Source: Hemiscyllium ocellatum | Taxonomy: Eukaryota | NCBI RefSeq assembly: GCF_020745735.1 | Contig: NC_083428.1 | Span: 30,504,001-30,568,000, forward strand | Direction: 5' to 3' | DNA: 64,000 bases | Part shown: positions 14,611 to 29,159 of the stretch, in pieces | Layout of the letters: each line of letters starts with the position of its first letter | Position numbering within the stretch: position 1 is the stretch's first letter | The notes under the pieces: model-generated | Database searches by the model: none | What the model was told of the DNA's origin: nothing | The model's input: only the letters and a program-made list of their open reading frames with translations | Made by a program: the position numbers and the translations under genes

Positions 14611-17600
14611 TAACATGGAGAGACTTAAAGATGAGCAAGTTATGGGGTGGTGGGGAACTAGAAGTTTGTGGAGAAGGTAGAAATAGTTAACAAAAATGCA
14701 TGACGGATAACAGATCAGTTGAATAAGTTGAAGGTTTGAAAAGTTGAGGATGGTGAGGCTACAGGGGAGACTATCAAATATTTATTAGAACAGTCCCAAG
14801 GATGGTGAATCATCATTATGGGGCTAGACTGGAGAACCTTGAGTTGTTCTCCTTTAATAAGCATTTACAATTATGAAGGTTTGGATAAAGAGCATAAAGA
14901 GAAGTTGTTTCAATATTTCAGTAAGACAGTTTTGAAGTGGAAGGAAGGAAAATGTTGTTAGTTTGATAGACAAGTTTATTGGACAATTATCACAAGAGAA
15001 ACAGTCGGCATTGCAAAGCACAAAAGCAAGGAGACATACGTGCAGTGAGTGAAACTTTTAAAACCAGTTACTGAGCTACAATCTTTGGTCTGAAACCAAG
15101 ATGCAGTAGGGTTTACTTTTGGAAAAAATGGTAGAAAGACAATTCTAACTATATCATGAAAAAGGACAGGGCAATTACTATTTTCTTCTCCGTGGGGAAA
15201 AAGTCAGATTACCTGAAGTGGAGTCACTGACTGGAGTAGATGATGTTGGAGGGTAGTGGACAGATAATGGAATTTTAAGCTCATTTTTGGGTAGAAGGAA
15301 CAGATATATGGCTAAATTGCATCTGAACAAGTAGCAAGGAAAGGAACAAACAACAGAAGAGGAATAGAATTTATCACGGGAGTCCCAAAAGACGTTCTCG
15401 AACTACAACTTTCTACTCTGTCATCCAATCCTTCTATTCCTGTTTCCAGCATGTATGCATCTACTATACCTTAAAGCCTTCAGTGAAGCATTCAACCAAT
15501 CACTTTTCTTCTTTAACCTTTAAGTCTATTGTCCAAACTGTTCAAAATTCAATTATAAAATCCTGTTCCAATTTCTCAGAAATTCTTAATCTTCCTCCTT
15601 GCAGTTGTGGGAGGTGATGTAAAGAAAAGTTTATTTGTACAACTTACCCTCGACTAAAAACATTCTAGCGATTAAGCCTTTTAAAAAATCTGCTCACAAG
15701 TTTAATATAATTTAGGACTCAATTATGATGGGGTAATGCCCATTTGATTTTAGTATTTGACAAGTCAGATCCTCAACAGGAAAACATAGATTATAATTAC
15801 TTTTGTTTTATTTTTGATACCAGAAATGGACGGATTGTCTTTTGAGGAGAGGTCCAGTAGATTGGGCTTGGGAAGAATGAAAGGTGACCTTATTGAAACA
15901 TTCAAGCTTTTTAGGAGACTTGACAAGGCAGATGTAGAAGTGTTGTTTCCCCTCATGGAAGAATCTAGGACCAGAAGACATAAATGTGCCATCTGAATTT
16001 TAGACAAAGAGGAGGAATCTCTTCCCTTAGAGGGTTCTGAATCCAGAGATTTCTTTGGTGCAGAGTGTCGTCAAGCCTGGTCATAAAGTACATTTAACGC
16101 ACAGATAGATTTCTAAGCAGCAAGGTGAATGGTGGAGCAAACTCAATGGCCTATTTCTGCTCCTAAACCTTACAGCCTTATCACAATGAACTTTTACTAA
16201 AACATTAGCATGCAACAAGACAGCCTTTGTTTTAACAATATAAACATAAAAAGATTAACAGAAATAAACAGGTTATAACCTGATAACACAGAATCAAATA
16301 TTTTTAACCACATACTAGAAATAACCCATGTACTCTTTACAGTTTGAATAGAAACAGCAGCCATGTATTGCAATCACTACAATTAGAACACTTTACAACC
16401 ATTGCACTTCTAACATCAGAGTTGTACTTCTACCATGACCCAGTGAGGCTCATTTAGAAAGGACGCCAGACAGTGTATCTTCTATTTAATAAGGCTTGAA
16501 ATAAAATTTTAAACTGTAACTGGAATTGTACACTACATAACTCAACAACTTCAATTCTTTTTCTATTTTTGAAAAAAAATAGAAAAACTTTACTTCTTTT
16601 CCACTCACTGTCGCCAATACTTCAGTTTGGGATTAATAATGACTTATCTGAAGATAATTTCACTACTTGAAACTCTTTTTTGGGGAACACAGCTTGGCAC
16701 GTTCCTCAATTGGAAAGCTTCACAGTTCTTTGAGTTTGATACATGTTTCTTTTCTGAATGACCTTCCAGCACAGACTAAAAATGAAAGTCAGATCTGGAA
16801 TGTCCTCCCACTACATCCTCTGTTCAGTTCCCTACCAAGTCTGAGTAACTTCCTTTCACTTTAAAAACCACAATGTTTAATTTTGAAGACTTATTATTAA
16901 CCCTAAACACACACATTGTATATAGAATTCCAAGAATGTAAGCTTGCAGTAAACAATATTAAAAATAGACATTGAATCTCTCAGCTTCATCATGATATAT
17001 TGTTCGATTTCAGCTTTTGTATATCCTTGCGATGCAGACAAGGGCACTGCATGATCTCCATGCTGAATATCCTTTCCAAGAACTACAAAACTGCTCAGAT
17101 CCTCCTGGATTGCTAAACTTAAGCATTGTGTCACCAAACTATTACCGCATTTACTTGAGTGCCCGATGTGGTTATATCTTGATGTTGTGTCTTATAGGCC
17201 ATGCTTCATCATATCAGCTGCTTAGCTTAAATTTAAAGAAAAATCGGTCCGTTTCTCACATTTCTGAAACACTTCCTCACTCTAGGAACATACATATTAT
17301 TCTCAATTATATTGTCCACTTCGAAGCCCTTCCCTGGTCACAAATACAATAACTCCACTACTTTTTATTAACTTTCCTTCCTACATACAACTCCAACATG
17401 TTAACTCATGTCTCATGAGAACTGAACTTCAATGACAACTTGATCATAATTTCAATAAGGTCTGTTTCAATGCTCCTCTTTACCACAAAGAAGGGTTAAC
17501 AAAAAAGGAAATGATTTGCCTGGCATTAAAACACAATTGATTCATAAGTAGCCTTGAGGGAAGGGCATATGCCATTTTTATAGAGTGTGACTTTCACACA

Positions 17601-17956
17601 CTCCAATTTCAAAACAACAGATCTGGCTTAATTCTGATCAAAAATGGGACAACAAACTGCTTCATTAGATCAAACCATTATAGTGGTTCAAGAAGATGGC
17701 CCATAATCAAGTGCTCAGGGCAGGCAGGAATCATCAACAAACACAATGTGTGCGTACGTGTGTGTAAGAGAATAAAAGACTTCTATGTTCTTAAGAACTG
17801 AAATTCATTTCCACTGAAATCACCTTTGCTGCTATGTATATCTACAAAGCACCAATATGGTAGCAGAGCTGCACTGGACTCTTGATGAAATTTTATGAAT
17901 ACCTTATTCACAGCAACAAAATGAGGAAAATGGGAAACCTGTAATGGATTTTTCTA

Positions 17957-18139
<183 letters not shown>

Positions 18140-18249
18140 TTACTTTCATTCAAAAATGAGCTTGAACTAGAACAGCATTATTGTTCTATCACAGGCTAAT
18201 CAAAATTCTGGATAGTGCGTATTGACATTTGCACCACGACAACAAACAA

Positions 18250-19230
18250 AGTCTCTCAAACCTGACTGAGTTTTTTTTGAGGGAGTGACTAAGAAGATTG
18301 ATAGGGGCAGAGCTGTAGATGTTGGTTACTTGGACTTCAGTGAAGCCTTTGACAAGGTTCCGTATGGTGGACTAATTAGTAAAGTTAGATCACAACAGGA
18401 TTCAGTGTGAGCTTACCAACTGCATGCTAGATTGGTTTAACAGCCAGAGATAGAGTGATGGTGGAGGGGTGTTTTTCAGACTGGAGGCCTGAGACCAACA
18501 GTGTTCCACATGGAGCGGCGCTGGGTCCACTTTTGTTTGTTATTTATATAAAATGATTTAGATGAGAATATAGAAGGCATGGTTAGGAGGTTTGCGGATG
18601 ACACCAAGATGATTTTAGATTACATTACTTCAGTGTGGAAAACAGGCCCAACAAGTCCACACTGACCCTCCGAAGAACAACCCACCTCCCTACATTTACT
18701 CCCTTCACCTAACCACTACAGGCAATTTAGCATGGCCAATTCACCTAACCTGCACATCTTTCTGACTGTGGGAGGAAACCGGAGCACCTGCAGGAAACCC
18801 ACGCAGACATGGAGAGAATGTGCAAACTCCACACAGACAGTTGCCTGAAGCAGGAATTTAATCCGGGTCTCTGGCGCTGTGAGGCAGCAGTGCTAACCAC
18901 TGTGCCACCGTGCTGATATAGTGAACTATGAAGAAGGTTATCTAAGATTACAGAGATCTTGATCATTTGAATTAATCAACTAGAGAGTGGCAAATGTAGT
19001 TAATTTTGGACATATGCAAGGTAGTGTATTTTAATAAAACAAATAAACGGCAGGACTTGTACAATTAAAATCTGGGCCTTGAATAGTGTTTTAGGACAGA
19101 GAGACTTAGGGGTTCATTTACATAATTCTTTCAGGTTTGCATCACATATAGTTTAGCATTCATTATTCAGACTTTTGAATATAGGAGTTTGAATGTTATA
19201 TTGAGGTTTACAGGACTTTGTACACCAGAA
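18250..19230 (+). mobile_element. CR1 LINE RT fragment
   Basis: YLDFS.AFDKVP and FADDTK motifs. Confidence 0.8.
18616..18912 (-). mobile_element. HE1-like V-SINE inside a CR1
   Basis: Same consensus. Confidence 0.85.
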
Positions 19231-19644
19231 GAGGGTCCCCAATGCCCAGGCTGGTCACTCTGTTACAGGAACGATATTTTCCCTTTCTTGACATTGGTTT
19301 GAATCTGGTAATTGGGGCACATCCAGGTGCACAGTGCAGTCATCAAGTGAAGCTAGGAGCCAATCATCTTGGCATATTATAAATGCAACAAACCAGGAAG
19401 TAAAATGTAATTATTTTCCTTCAATTCTAAATTGAATTTTACAGTGTGAATTAAATGTTTGTGACAAATATGAGACTAGGCAGAAGTGGATATCAAAGCT
19501 CAAAAATAATGTAAATCTATTTTTACCTTATGGAGAAATTTGATAACAAATGTATTTTGATCATTATTCCTCTGTGCTTTCTGCCTTAATTCTTTGATTC
19601 ATTGTCTGCAAAGATCTTAATATTGCTGAATTTCTCACATACCT

Positions 19645-20775
19645 CAGTCATAGAGATGTACAGCATGGAAACAGACTCTTCGGTCCAACCCGTCCATGTC
19701 AACCAGATATCCCAACCCAATCTAGTCCCACCTTCCAGCACCCGGCCCATATCGCTCCAAACCCTTCCTATTCATATACCCATCCAAATACCTCTTAAAT
19801 GTTGCAATTGCACCAGCCTCTACCACATCCTCTGGCAACTCATTCCATACACATACCACCCTCTGTGAAAAAGTTGCCCCTTAGGTCTTTTATATCTTTC
19901 CCTTCTCACCCTAAACCTATGCCCTCTAGTTCTAGACTCCCAGACCCCAGGGAAAAGACTTGGTCTATTTATCCTATCCATGCCCCTCATGATTGTGTAA
20001 ACCACAGCCTCCAACGCTCCAGGGAAAACAGCTCCAGCCTGTTCAGCCTCTCCCTGTAGCTCAGATCCTCCAACCCTGGCAACATCCTTGTAAATCTTTT
20101 CTGAACCCTTTCAAGTTTCACAACATCTTTCTGATAGGAAGGACACGAGAATTGCACGCAATATTCCAACAGTGGCCTAACCAAAGTCCTGTACAGCCAC
20201 AACATGACCTCCCAACTCCTGTATTCAATACTCTGACCAATAAAGGAAAGCATACCAAACGCCTTCACTATCCTATCCACTTGTGACTTCACTTTCAAGG
20301 AGCTATGAACCTGCATTCCAAGGTCTCTTGGTTCAGCAACACTCCCTAAGACCTTACCATTAAGTGAATAAGTCCTGCTAAGATTTGCTTTCCCAAAATG
20401 CAGCACCTCGCATTTAACTGACTTAAACTCCATCTCCCACTTCTCAACCTATTGGCCCATCTGATCCAGATCCTGCTGTAATCCGAGGTAATCCTCTTCG
20501 CTGTCCACCACAACTCCAACTTTGGTGTCATCCGCAAACTTACTAACTGTACCTTTTATGCTCGCATCCAAATTGTTTATGTAATTGACAAAAAGTAGAG
20601 GGCCCAGCACCAATCCTTGTGACACTCCACTTGTCACAGGCCTCCAATCTGTAAAACAACCCTCCACCACCACCCTCTGTCTTCTACCTTTGAGCTAGTT
20701 CTGTATCCAAATGGCTAGTTCCCCCTGTATTCCATGAGGTCTAACCTTGCTAATCAATCGCCCATGGGAAAAGCT
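19645..20775 (-). mobile_element. CR1/HER1 LINE 3' part
   Basis: RT motifs in ORFs 20449-20673 and 19987-20433; 3' tail at 19645. Confidence 0.9.
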
Positions 20776-21261
20776 TGTCTCATGTCTGGGGCAGTGTGCT
20801 GCAGGAATGGTGAGCCGTTGCTGAAGCGATGCACAAGGTGAGTGGACAATATGGACTCATGAACAGGTGACAAAAACCAGGTTTTCAGAAAGGAATGGGT
20901 TAGAATATGGACTTCTCCTTCCAGCTCCGAGAACTGCATTGAATTTCACTCCAGGGAGGTACACATGTTCTGGTTCCAAGGTGATAGGACTCCGATGAGG
21001 AGGATTAGTTTTGGGTCTGGAGCACAGCCAGCTGCCACCATGGGCTCCTGGTTTGCTGCAATGTTTCCCAGGGACCTGTCCAGTGGGAGGAGAGCCAGCA
21101 GGATCCACAACACTAACCTCCTGGGAACTGAGCCCATGACTGGGAAAGGCTGCTGTGCTGAATGGTAGTCCTGGGCTGAATGGCAGTCCTGGGCCCTGTG
21201 CTCTGATGCTGGCTCTTTGGTACATTGAGGAGATCCTGGGTGATCACTGATCTCCAAGTCA

Positions 21262-22185
21262 ATAGATAATAGCTGCAAGAGTAGGCCATTCTGCCTTTCG
21301 AACCAGCACCACCATTCATTATGAGAATGGTTGTTCATCCTCAATCAGTATCCGGTTCCTGCCTTATCCCCATAACCCTTGATTCCACTATCCTTAAGAG
21401 CTCTATCCAACTCCTTTTTGCAAGTATCCAGAGACTTGGCCTCCACAGCCTTCTGGGGCAGAGCATTCCATACACCCACCACTCTCTGGGTGAAGGAGTT
21501 GCTCCTCAACTCTGTTCTAAGTGGCCTACCCCTTATTTTAAACTGTGTCCTCTGGTTCGGGACTCACCCATCAGCGAAAACATGCTTCCTGCCTCCAGAG
21601 TGTCCACTCCTTTAATAATCTTAAACGTCTCAATCAGATCCCCTCAGTCTTCTAAACTCAAGCGTATGCAAGCCCAGTCACTCCAATCTTTCAGCATAAG
21701 ATAGTTCCGCCATTCCGGGAATTGGCCACGTGATCCTACGCTGCACTCCCTAAATAGCCAGAATGCCTTTCGTCAAATTTGGAGACCCAAACTGCGCATC
21801 ATGTTCCAGGTGCGGTCTTACCAGGGCCCAGTACAGCTGCATAAGGAACTCTTTGCTTCTATACTCAATTCCTCTTGTTATGAAGGCCAGCATGCTATTA
21901 GCTTTCTTCACTGCCTACTGTACCTGCATGCTTGCTTTCATTGACTGGATGTACAAGAACACCTAGATCTCATTGTACTGCCCCTTTACCTAACTGGACT
22001 CCATTTTAGGTAGTAATCTGCCTTCCTGTTCTTGCTACCAAAGTGGATAACCACACATTTATCCACATTAAACTGTGTTTGCCATGTATCTGTCCACTCA
22101 CCTAGCTTATCCAGGTCACCCTGTATTCTCCTAACATCCTCCTCACATTTCACCCTGCCACCCAGCTTTGTATCATCAGATACTT
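21262..22185 (-). mobile_element. CR1 LINE 3' part (different subfamily)
   Basis: ADDTKLGG and LVRPHLE...QFGSP, followed by the 3' UTR. Confidence 0.8.
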
Positions 22186-23145
22186 TGACAAGTCCTTGCT
22201 CATGACACTAGATCCTCTTTCAGCCTGTGAATACAATTGGATGGTGAGGTGAGAATGCGGTGCCCATTGAAGTGAAGGAGAATGGGTCTCATGGAGAGCT
22301 CATGTCCCCTCAGGCACTCCCCCTGCCCCCTCTCCAGAATAGGGAGATACAATCGGAGGGAGAATTGCTGTTGTGTGTCTGGTTTGATGGAAACCCTTGG
22401 GGTTGAATCTCTCTGGGGATGAATTTCCTGGACTGAACCAGCAGTGAGCCAGCAGAAATGGTGGAAACGACACCAACAGGATTCCCACTGGTCTCCCGAC
22501 CAAGCTGCAGCCAATTCTGGGCCTGCCTTTTCGGAAGGGTGTCATGTCCGAAGGGATGGTGCAAGGGGACATTTCCCAGAATGGGACCAGGGATGAGGCT
22601 GTTCAGTTCTGTGCAGTGACTCCCAAAGTGAGGATTGAGAGGATCCAGGTGGATTGTAAGGGAGAGGTGAGGAGGCGCTAGACAATATATTTCAGCTTGT
22701 GTTTCCCCCAAAGTCAAACACAACTTGGCCATCCGTGCCTGGGGCTGCTTTGGGACTGAAGGATATGAAGGAGAGCAGCAGACTGCCAGTCACTCCCAGG
22801 ACAAAATCCCTACCCCCTCCCATCCTCTCTCCACCCACCCCACTCCCAACCGACCTTCACTCTCACCTCCCAGCTTCAGGGATTCCCTGTCGCTGCTCTA
22901 ACGCTATTTATTCCTCATTCTGCTCTGGGGGCTGTCTCCGCCTCAGTCTCCATTTCCCCCCTACAAACTGCCAGATTTAAAGCCTAAATTTTTAATCTAA
23001 TTTTGCTTCTCAACTTAACTCCATTTCTTGAAGTGACTGAGGAGTCCTGAAACTTGTACTTCATCTAGATTATAATATGTGCACCTCAAAAGGAAGAAAA
23101 TTATTGATTTAAAAATGTTTAAGCACCAAATGTCATATGACTTAC

Positions 23146-23207
23146 CTATAAAGTGGATTAAGAGCAATGATGTCACGTATTGTTTTCACAATTTCTGCTG
23201 TAAGTGC
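23146..23207 (-). CDS. LONP1: LONP1 coding exon 5
   Basis: ALTAEIVKTIRDIIALNPLY(R), 62 nt, AG/GT ends. Confidence 0.97.
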
Positions 23208-23782
23208 CTGTCAAGAAAAGGCAGACATTATTCAGCTATTCCTCATTTCAGGAAGTTTATATTTTATATTTTGAAACCGACAACAACCAATGCACATAAC
23301 AATTTAATAACTTATGTGAGAGAGCACAGCATGGAAACACACACCAAGAAAATCCCAACCATGGATATAATCATACATTTACATCTGTCTGCAGTGTCTC
23401 AGGGCTAGTGGGGGAAGACAGGTCAAATCAGAGTTCCTGTGATCAGTGCTTTGTAGGTAGAAAGTAAGCACGCAATAAAAATGGACTCTGATACCTACAA
23501 TGGCCAAGCACACGATTTCACTAGAAGCCTCCCAATAGCATTGTTCATAATTTGTCCAAAATTCTGGAGATTGCTTGTTACTACCAATTCACTTACAAGA
23601 CATCACTACTTCAGAAACACCAGGAAAAAAAAGTGTTAATTTCCTTGTACCAAGATCTTTCTTTGCTCTATATTGAAGAAAAAAATAAAAAGCACTGAAA
23701 TAGGAATCTGTGCTAAATTAAAGTAACAAAAATAATTTTGGGAAGAAGTGGATCACACAAAAATCACCCTTTTACAACTTAC

Positions 23783-24020
23783 TTTAACTTCTTCTGTGAC
23801 TTGAAAGTCTTCATGGACTACATTTTCCACCTCTACCATTAACAGTTCACCTATCGGAGCAACAAGCGACTCAATGCTTGTATCCGCTGTTGAGGATTGG
23901 CTACCTCCTTCAACAGTTCTCTGATGTTTTTGTTTCCCCTGTGCTTTGTCTTGATTTTGCTCAAATTCTGCAGGAACCATTTCATCACTATTTACTTCCA
24001 ACTGCCTGGTTAACTGGATT
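23783..24020 (-). CDS. LONP1: LONP1 coding exon 4
   Basis: IQLTRQLEV...LLMVEVENVVHEDFQVTEEVK, 238 nt, AG/GT ends, frame continuous with exons 3 and 5. Confidence 0.96.
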
Positions 24021-24924
24021 CTAGGGAACAAAATAAAAAATAATCTTGGGTCCATTATTTAAACTGATAAAAATCACCAAAAACAGAAACAATTTAAAAG
24101 CTGCAGCCCTGTTTCAATGCCAACACGCTCCTCTGTGTCACATAGCTGTGGATTCAAGTCCCATCTTCAATATTCAACAGTACTTTTTGGACTTTAAAAT
24201 GTTTTAGGACATTTTGTAGGTGCAGCATCTTCTTCCTTAAAATTCCTATAGGACTGGGAAAATGTTCCAAAATAAAAAGGAGCTTGCAAATGAAACAGAC
24301 AAGGTAGCAAAATTGTTAAGACAGCATCAAGGGAAGAAAATGAATTGAAGGTTTTAGGAAACAGTTTTAAAATTAAGGGTTTCAACAGGGGAAAGAGAGG
24401 TAAAAGGCAGAAAAGAAAATGGGACAGGTGCAGGACAAAGAAGAGGATGGGAAAATTGGTGGGGGATACGAAGAGGATGGAGCAGACAGAATGATAGAGA
24501 ATGATGTTTGTCTGCACGTGCGTATGTAGAAGGAGAGGAAAGATAAGTGACAGGAATAGAGAAGTACTGAGGAGCTGCTGAACTTGGCAATGTCAGCTTG
24601 TGCCCAGTAAAACTTGACAGCTAGGGTTTCTATTGAGCTTAGCATCGGTTAGCAGCCTGTGATCCAGCACCACTGTGTCCAGGCAGGTCCTGTGGCCTCA
24701 GACAGCACTGTAGCATGAAGACAGACTGCAAATCACATGCTCTGGAGTGTCAACAAGTTTGAGAGAGAGGGGTTGCTATCAAATTGTGCCAACCTGGTCA
24801 GGTAAGGTCCTGCTGTAACAGCAATGCACAGAGGTTTCTAGTTCTAATAACATAATTATGTTAGAGGAAAACAATGTTAAAAGTGACTTTAAACATTGAC
24901 TCGTTGTATTATGTTCTTAGATTG

Positions 24925-25234
24925 TGGGCGGCACGGTGGCACAGTGGTTAGCACTGTTGCCTCACAGCGCCAGAGACCTGAGTTCAATTCCCGGCTCAGG
25001 CGACTGACTGTGTGGAGTTTGCACATTCTCCCCGTGTCTGCGTGGATTTCCTCCGGGTTCTCCGGTTTCCTCCCACAGTCCAAAGATGTGCGGGTCAGGT
25101 GAATTGGCCATGCTAAATTGCCCATAGTGTTAGGTGAAGGGGTAAGTGTAGGGGTATGGGTGGGTTGCGCTTCGGCGGGTTGGTGTGGACTTGTTGGGCC
25201 GAAGGGCCTGTTTCCACACTGTAGGTAATCTAAT
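24925..25234 (+). mobile_element. HE1-like V-SINE (young, CpG-retaining)
   Basis: Full-length: box A/B head, V-domain, tail. Confidence 0.9.
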
Positions 25235-25529
25235 TTGGAGAGCATAATGCAATTTACACTAATACTTCTACTTACTTCACTGTCTACTCAAGCAACTGAG
25301 CAAACTTGGTTGGAGATAGAATGTTAGTTGAATCCTAACTGTTATTGATTGGGTCCAAATTAACACACCTGTAATTAACTAGTTTTTAAAATTTATAATT
25401 TTTCCACATTGACAATTCATACTTCATGATCATTTAAGGTATGTCATTTCGTGCAACAAAACTGTAAAAAACAAACTCAGTTTATTGGTTAATTAGAAAT
25501 CAAGTAACTCAATCTGATGTCCAACTTAC

Positions 25530-25649
25530 CTTCTGTGTCCCATTACAATCATGCGCAATCTGTCACCTAAATCTTGCATCTCATGGATCTGGACGAATGT
25601 TCCTATCTGGTAAATCTCATCCAAGCTTTCAACTGCATCAGATTCATTG
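25530..25649 (-). CDS. LONP1: LONP1 coding exon 3
   Basis: [39 protein letters not shown], 120 nt, AG/GT ends. Confidence 0.97.
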
Positions 25650-27026
25650 CTGTGTGAGTTCACAGAGAAAAAGATAACATTACATTTCTTTGCATTATAG
25701 TATCCTTGCAGACCAAAAGGCAGGAGAATTCAGAGTGGTTCCAAAACAAATCATTCACTGTATCCCATTTAAAAAAGTTAATTTCTCTTCTTCAATTAAG
25801 ACTGATTGTAAGTCAATTTCATCTAAGAGGTGCAGTCTGAATTAAGTGAGACTGAAGTCATAATATTTTCCTATTCTTCTAATCAACCTATTGGATTTTC
25901 TTACACACCTCTGGAACAGGTGGGATTTTAACTCAGGCCTCCAGATCCAGAAGTAGGGACAGTATTACTGGCCACATTTTCCTTTACTTTTACAATTTTC
26001 TTCCTTCCTGTCTTGAATTAGCTTTTTGGTGGCTTTTAGCTGTGATTTCAGTAAACTAGTCCAGTGAATAGAGGAGACCTTTACCTATCGCTCTCAAGAA
26101 AATCACAGAACTAAACTTGCTTCTTAATAGATGATAGTCAACAAGGAATCAATCTGCACGTGAGCCGGACACTAAGTGCTAACAAATTTTTATTGGCTCC
26201 TGTAGAGTTTAGGAAGTTAGGGGAAAGGAGAGGCAAGGTTGGTATCAAAACCAATTTCAGTTATGTCCCTAACCTACAGATGGTGAACCTTCTATCAAGA
26301 AACTATGAAGGTCAGGAACAAAAGCCTACAAATTTATTCCTCAGCCTCATCTAAGTCAGTTACTGCAACTCAGTACCGATGTCAGCAACACAGAACAAGG
26401 AGAAAACATGGGCTCTTTAAAACTCTGCGAGGATACTCACTGGTTACTGGGCCATCAGGGGAGCCAAAAAAGCAGAAAACACTAATTGAAAATTTGTCAT
26501 TTACTATATATTAAATGTTGTAATAACCATTGTACAAGGAGAGCTATAAGCTGAGTTTAAATAGGAAATAATAGAACAGGAAAAGTCTGTTCATTTTAGT
26601 TAAAGACATAGAAGCCTTTGCACAAGATAGATTTAAATGGCCATGATCAGGTAGAGTATTTTTTTGTAGACCAACCAACTGGTGACATCCCTGTTCAGGA
26701 TTTAGTGGTCTAAACTTCCAAGTGCACTATTTATTGTCCTATACTGCTGCAATGATCTATTTTCTATCTCTTAGGCCTTTCTAGGAGTCTTGGAATCATA
26801 AACACAGAAAGGGGCTATGTACTTTGAAAGCTATTAACTTAAAATTAATTCCTCTTTTTTCTCCCCCTATAAGTTTCAGCGTTTGTATACTCTAACTATT
26901 CTTTATGCACAACCAGTGCAATGCTGCTTCACTAACACATATTCTATAAACTGTGATGTGCCATACAATGTCTACGCAGATAGTTAGATGTTAGGACAAA
27001 TCACTAAAAGCCTAAATATTGCTTAC

Positions 27027-27115
27027 TTGTCATCTTTTTTAAGAAACACTCCTGCATATGGTTGAGCCAAACGTATTTTTCTTCGAAGTAGTTCCATTAA
27101 CTTTTTATTCTTTAC
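27027..27115 (-). CDS. LONP1: LONP1 coding exon 2
   Basis: [29 protein letters not shown], 89 nt, AG/GT ends, phase 0 to 2. Confidence 0.97.
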
Positions 27116-28269
27116 CTATGCAAAGGGATAAAACATTCAGATTTGTGCAGTTACTGGTATTTATTAAACTTTTAGTAGTTAAGATGTGAATTTTTACATC
27201 AAAGCAGAATAGCAACATGCTTTTCTCATATTTAGCCTTAAGGATCATTCATCACTGTACATGGGAGGATATACTGTGTGCGTGTATACACAGAATATAT
27301 ATTGTGGGATGGCTACATCAGTGCTCAGCACTTTCAAGTAGTTCCATTTAGTAGATCATCTTCACATCACCCAAGTTGAAAGGCTATTCTCCCACAGGAG
27401 GTATCATAATTCTGTCATCGCCACACTTGAACAGTTAGTAAGATCACACTTAACCGTGGAACAGTGAAAGCAGTTTACTCAGAGATTGAACCCAGTATCT
27501 ATCTAGTTTGCATAACAGTTGCAAAAAGTGTTATGTATTTATTTGCAGAACTATCTTGAACGTATACAAGGTATTCTAAAACTATCAAAAAATGAAATTA
27601 CTGGAAAAGCTTCTAAGGGTCACGGGACCTGAGATCTTAACTCACAAATGCTGCCATGCCTGCTAAGTTTTTCCAGCAAATTCTGTTTTTGTTTCTGATT
27701 TACAGCATCCACAGTTATTTCAGTTTTTATTTAGTATTCTAAGGGTAAACTTAAGCAATTCACTATTAATTCAAACCAATTTTATTCAAGTTATTTTTTT
27801 TCTCAAGTTTATTGTCTTACAATTAAATGGAAAGCACAATTAACTTTTATGCTCAGTTGGTACGCTAATTTTGAATCAGGAATACAGGACTGTTGATCTT
27901 AGATGACAGAAATTTTTTTTAGAACAAGATAGATTTTATGATCAGATAAATTATCTATTTACAAGGTTGACCATAACTCACTTGCATTCTCAAGGTTCTA
28001 GTAAAAGAGTAATAATCAGCAAAAAGGAAATTTCCACTGTTTATGCAACCAGACTGGCTGCCCTTTTCTAGCTATCTGACAAACAGCACTAGCAAATGGA
28101 TCAAGAAAAATACTGTTTGACTCAGCGATCCAGACTGGAAAGTATGTGGCCTTCAAGAAGATTGGCTCTTCATATTCAAGAGTTCTGCATTTTACTGCTG
28201 CTTTGGAGTTCGGACTACTACAACAGACTATTTTTAACAGGATAGTGAAGTATTATTCCAATAGCATGG

Positions 28270-29012
28270 GGAATCATGTCTCATGAGTTTGATTGAGTTT
28301 TTTTGAAGTAGTAACAAAGAGGCTTGATGAGGGCAGAGCGATGGACATGATCTATATGGACTTCAGTAAGGCTTTTGACAATGTTCCACATAATAGACTG
28401 GTTAGCAAGCCCTTTTGTTCTGGACTCCTCCATTCCAGCGAGAAATCCTCGTCTGTTTGCCCTGTCCGTGATCCTCATTGTTTTGTGAACTTCTGTAAGG
28501 TCACCCCTCAACCTCCGACACTCCCATGGGAAAACAGTTCCAGTCTATTCAGCCTCTCCTTATAGTACAAACCCTTCAACCATAGCAACATCCTTAAATC
28601 GTTTCTGAACCCTTTCAAGTTTCACAACATCCTTCCGGGGTGACCTTATAGATGTTTGTGGAATCTAGGGGAGCACAGATTGGGAGAACAGACAATGTCT
28701 TTTCCTTATGTTGGGGGATTTCAGAACTTGAGGGCATAGGTTTAGGACGAGAAGGGACAGACTTAAAAGGGATCGAAAGGACAACTTTTTCCACACAGAG
28801 GGTGGTGCCTGCATGGAATGAGCTGCCAGAGGAAGTAGTGGATGCTGGTACAATTACAACATTTAAAAGGCATCTGAATGAATATGTGAACGGGAAGAGT
28901 TTAAGAGAGAAATGGGCCAAGTGCTGGCAAGTGGGACGAGATTAATTTAGGATATCTGGTCAGCATGGATGTGTTGGACCAAAGGGTCTGTTTCTGTGTT
29001 GTGCATCTCTAC
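28270..29012. mobile_element. Three abutting CR1 fragments (+ / - / +)
   Basis: 28270-28409 plus-strand RT, 28410-28635 minus strand, 28637-29012 plus-strand 3' end. Confidence 0.75.
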
Positions 29013-29159
29013 ATATTTGCAGCTGTAACTAGTCAAATCATTTCTGATCAACTCCCAATCACTCCAACATGCAACACCACAATACCTATGATCATGTTTA
29101 CTTTGTGTCTCAAATGACAATTTGCTTTGTCTGTAAGATGCAGTGAACAGAATTCCTCA

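Noticed and set aside
24925-25000. tRNA genes
   Set aside because: The box A/B sequences are SINE heads followed by the V-domain, not complete cloverleaf genes.
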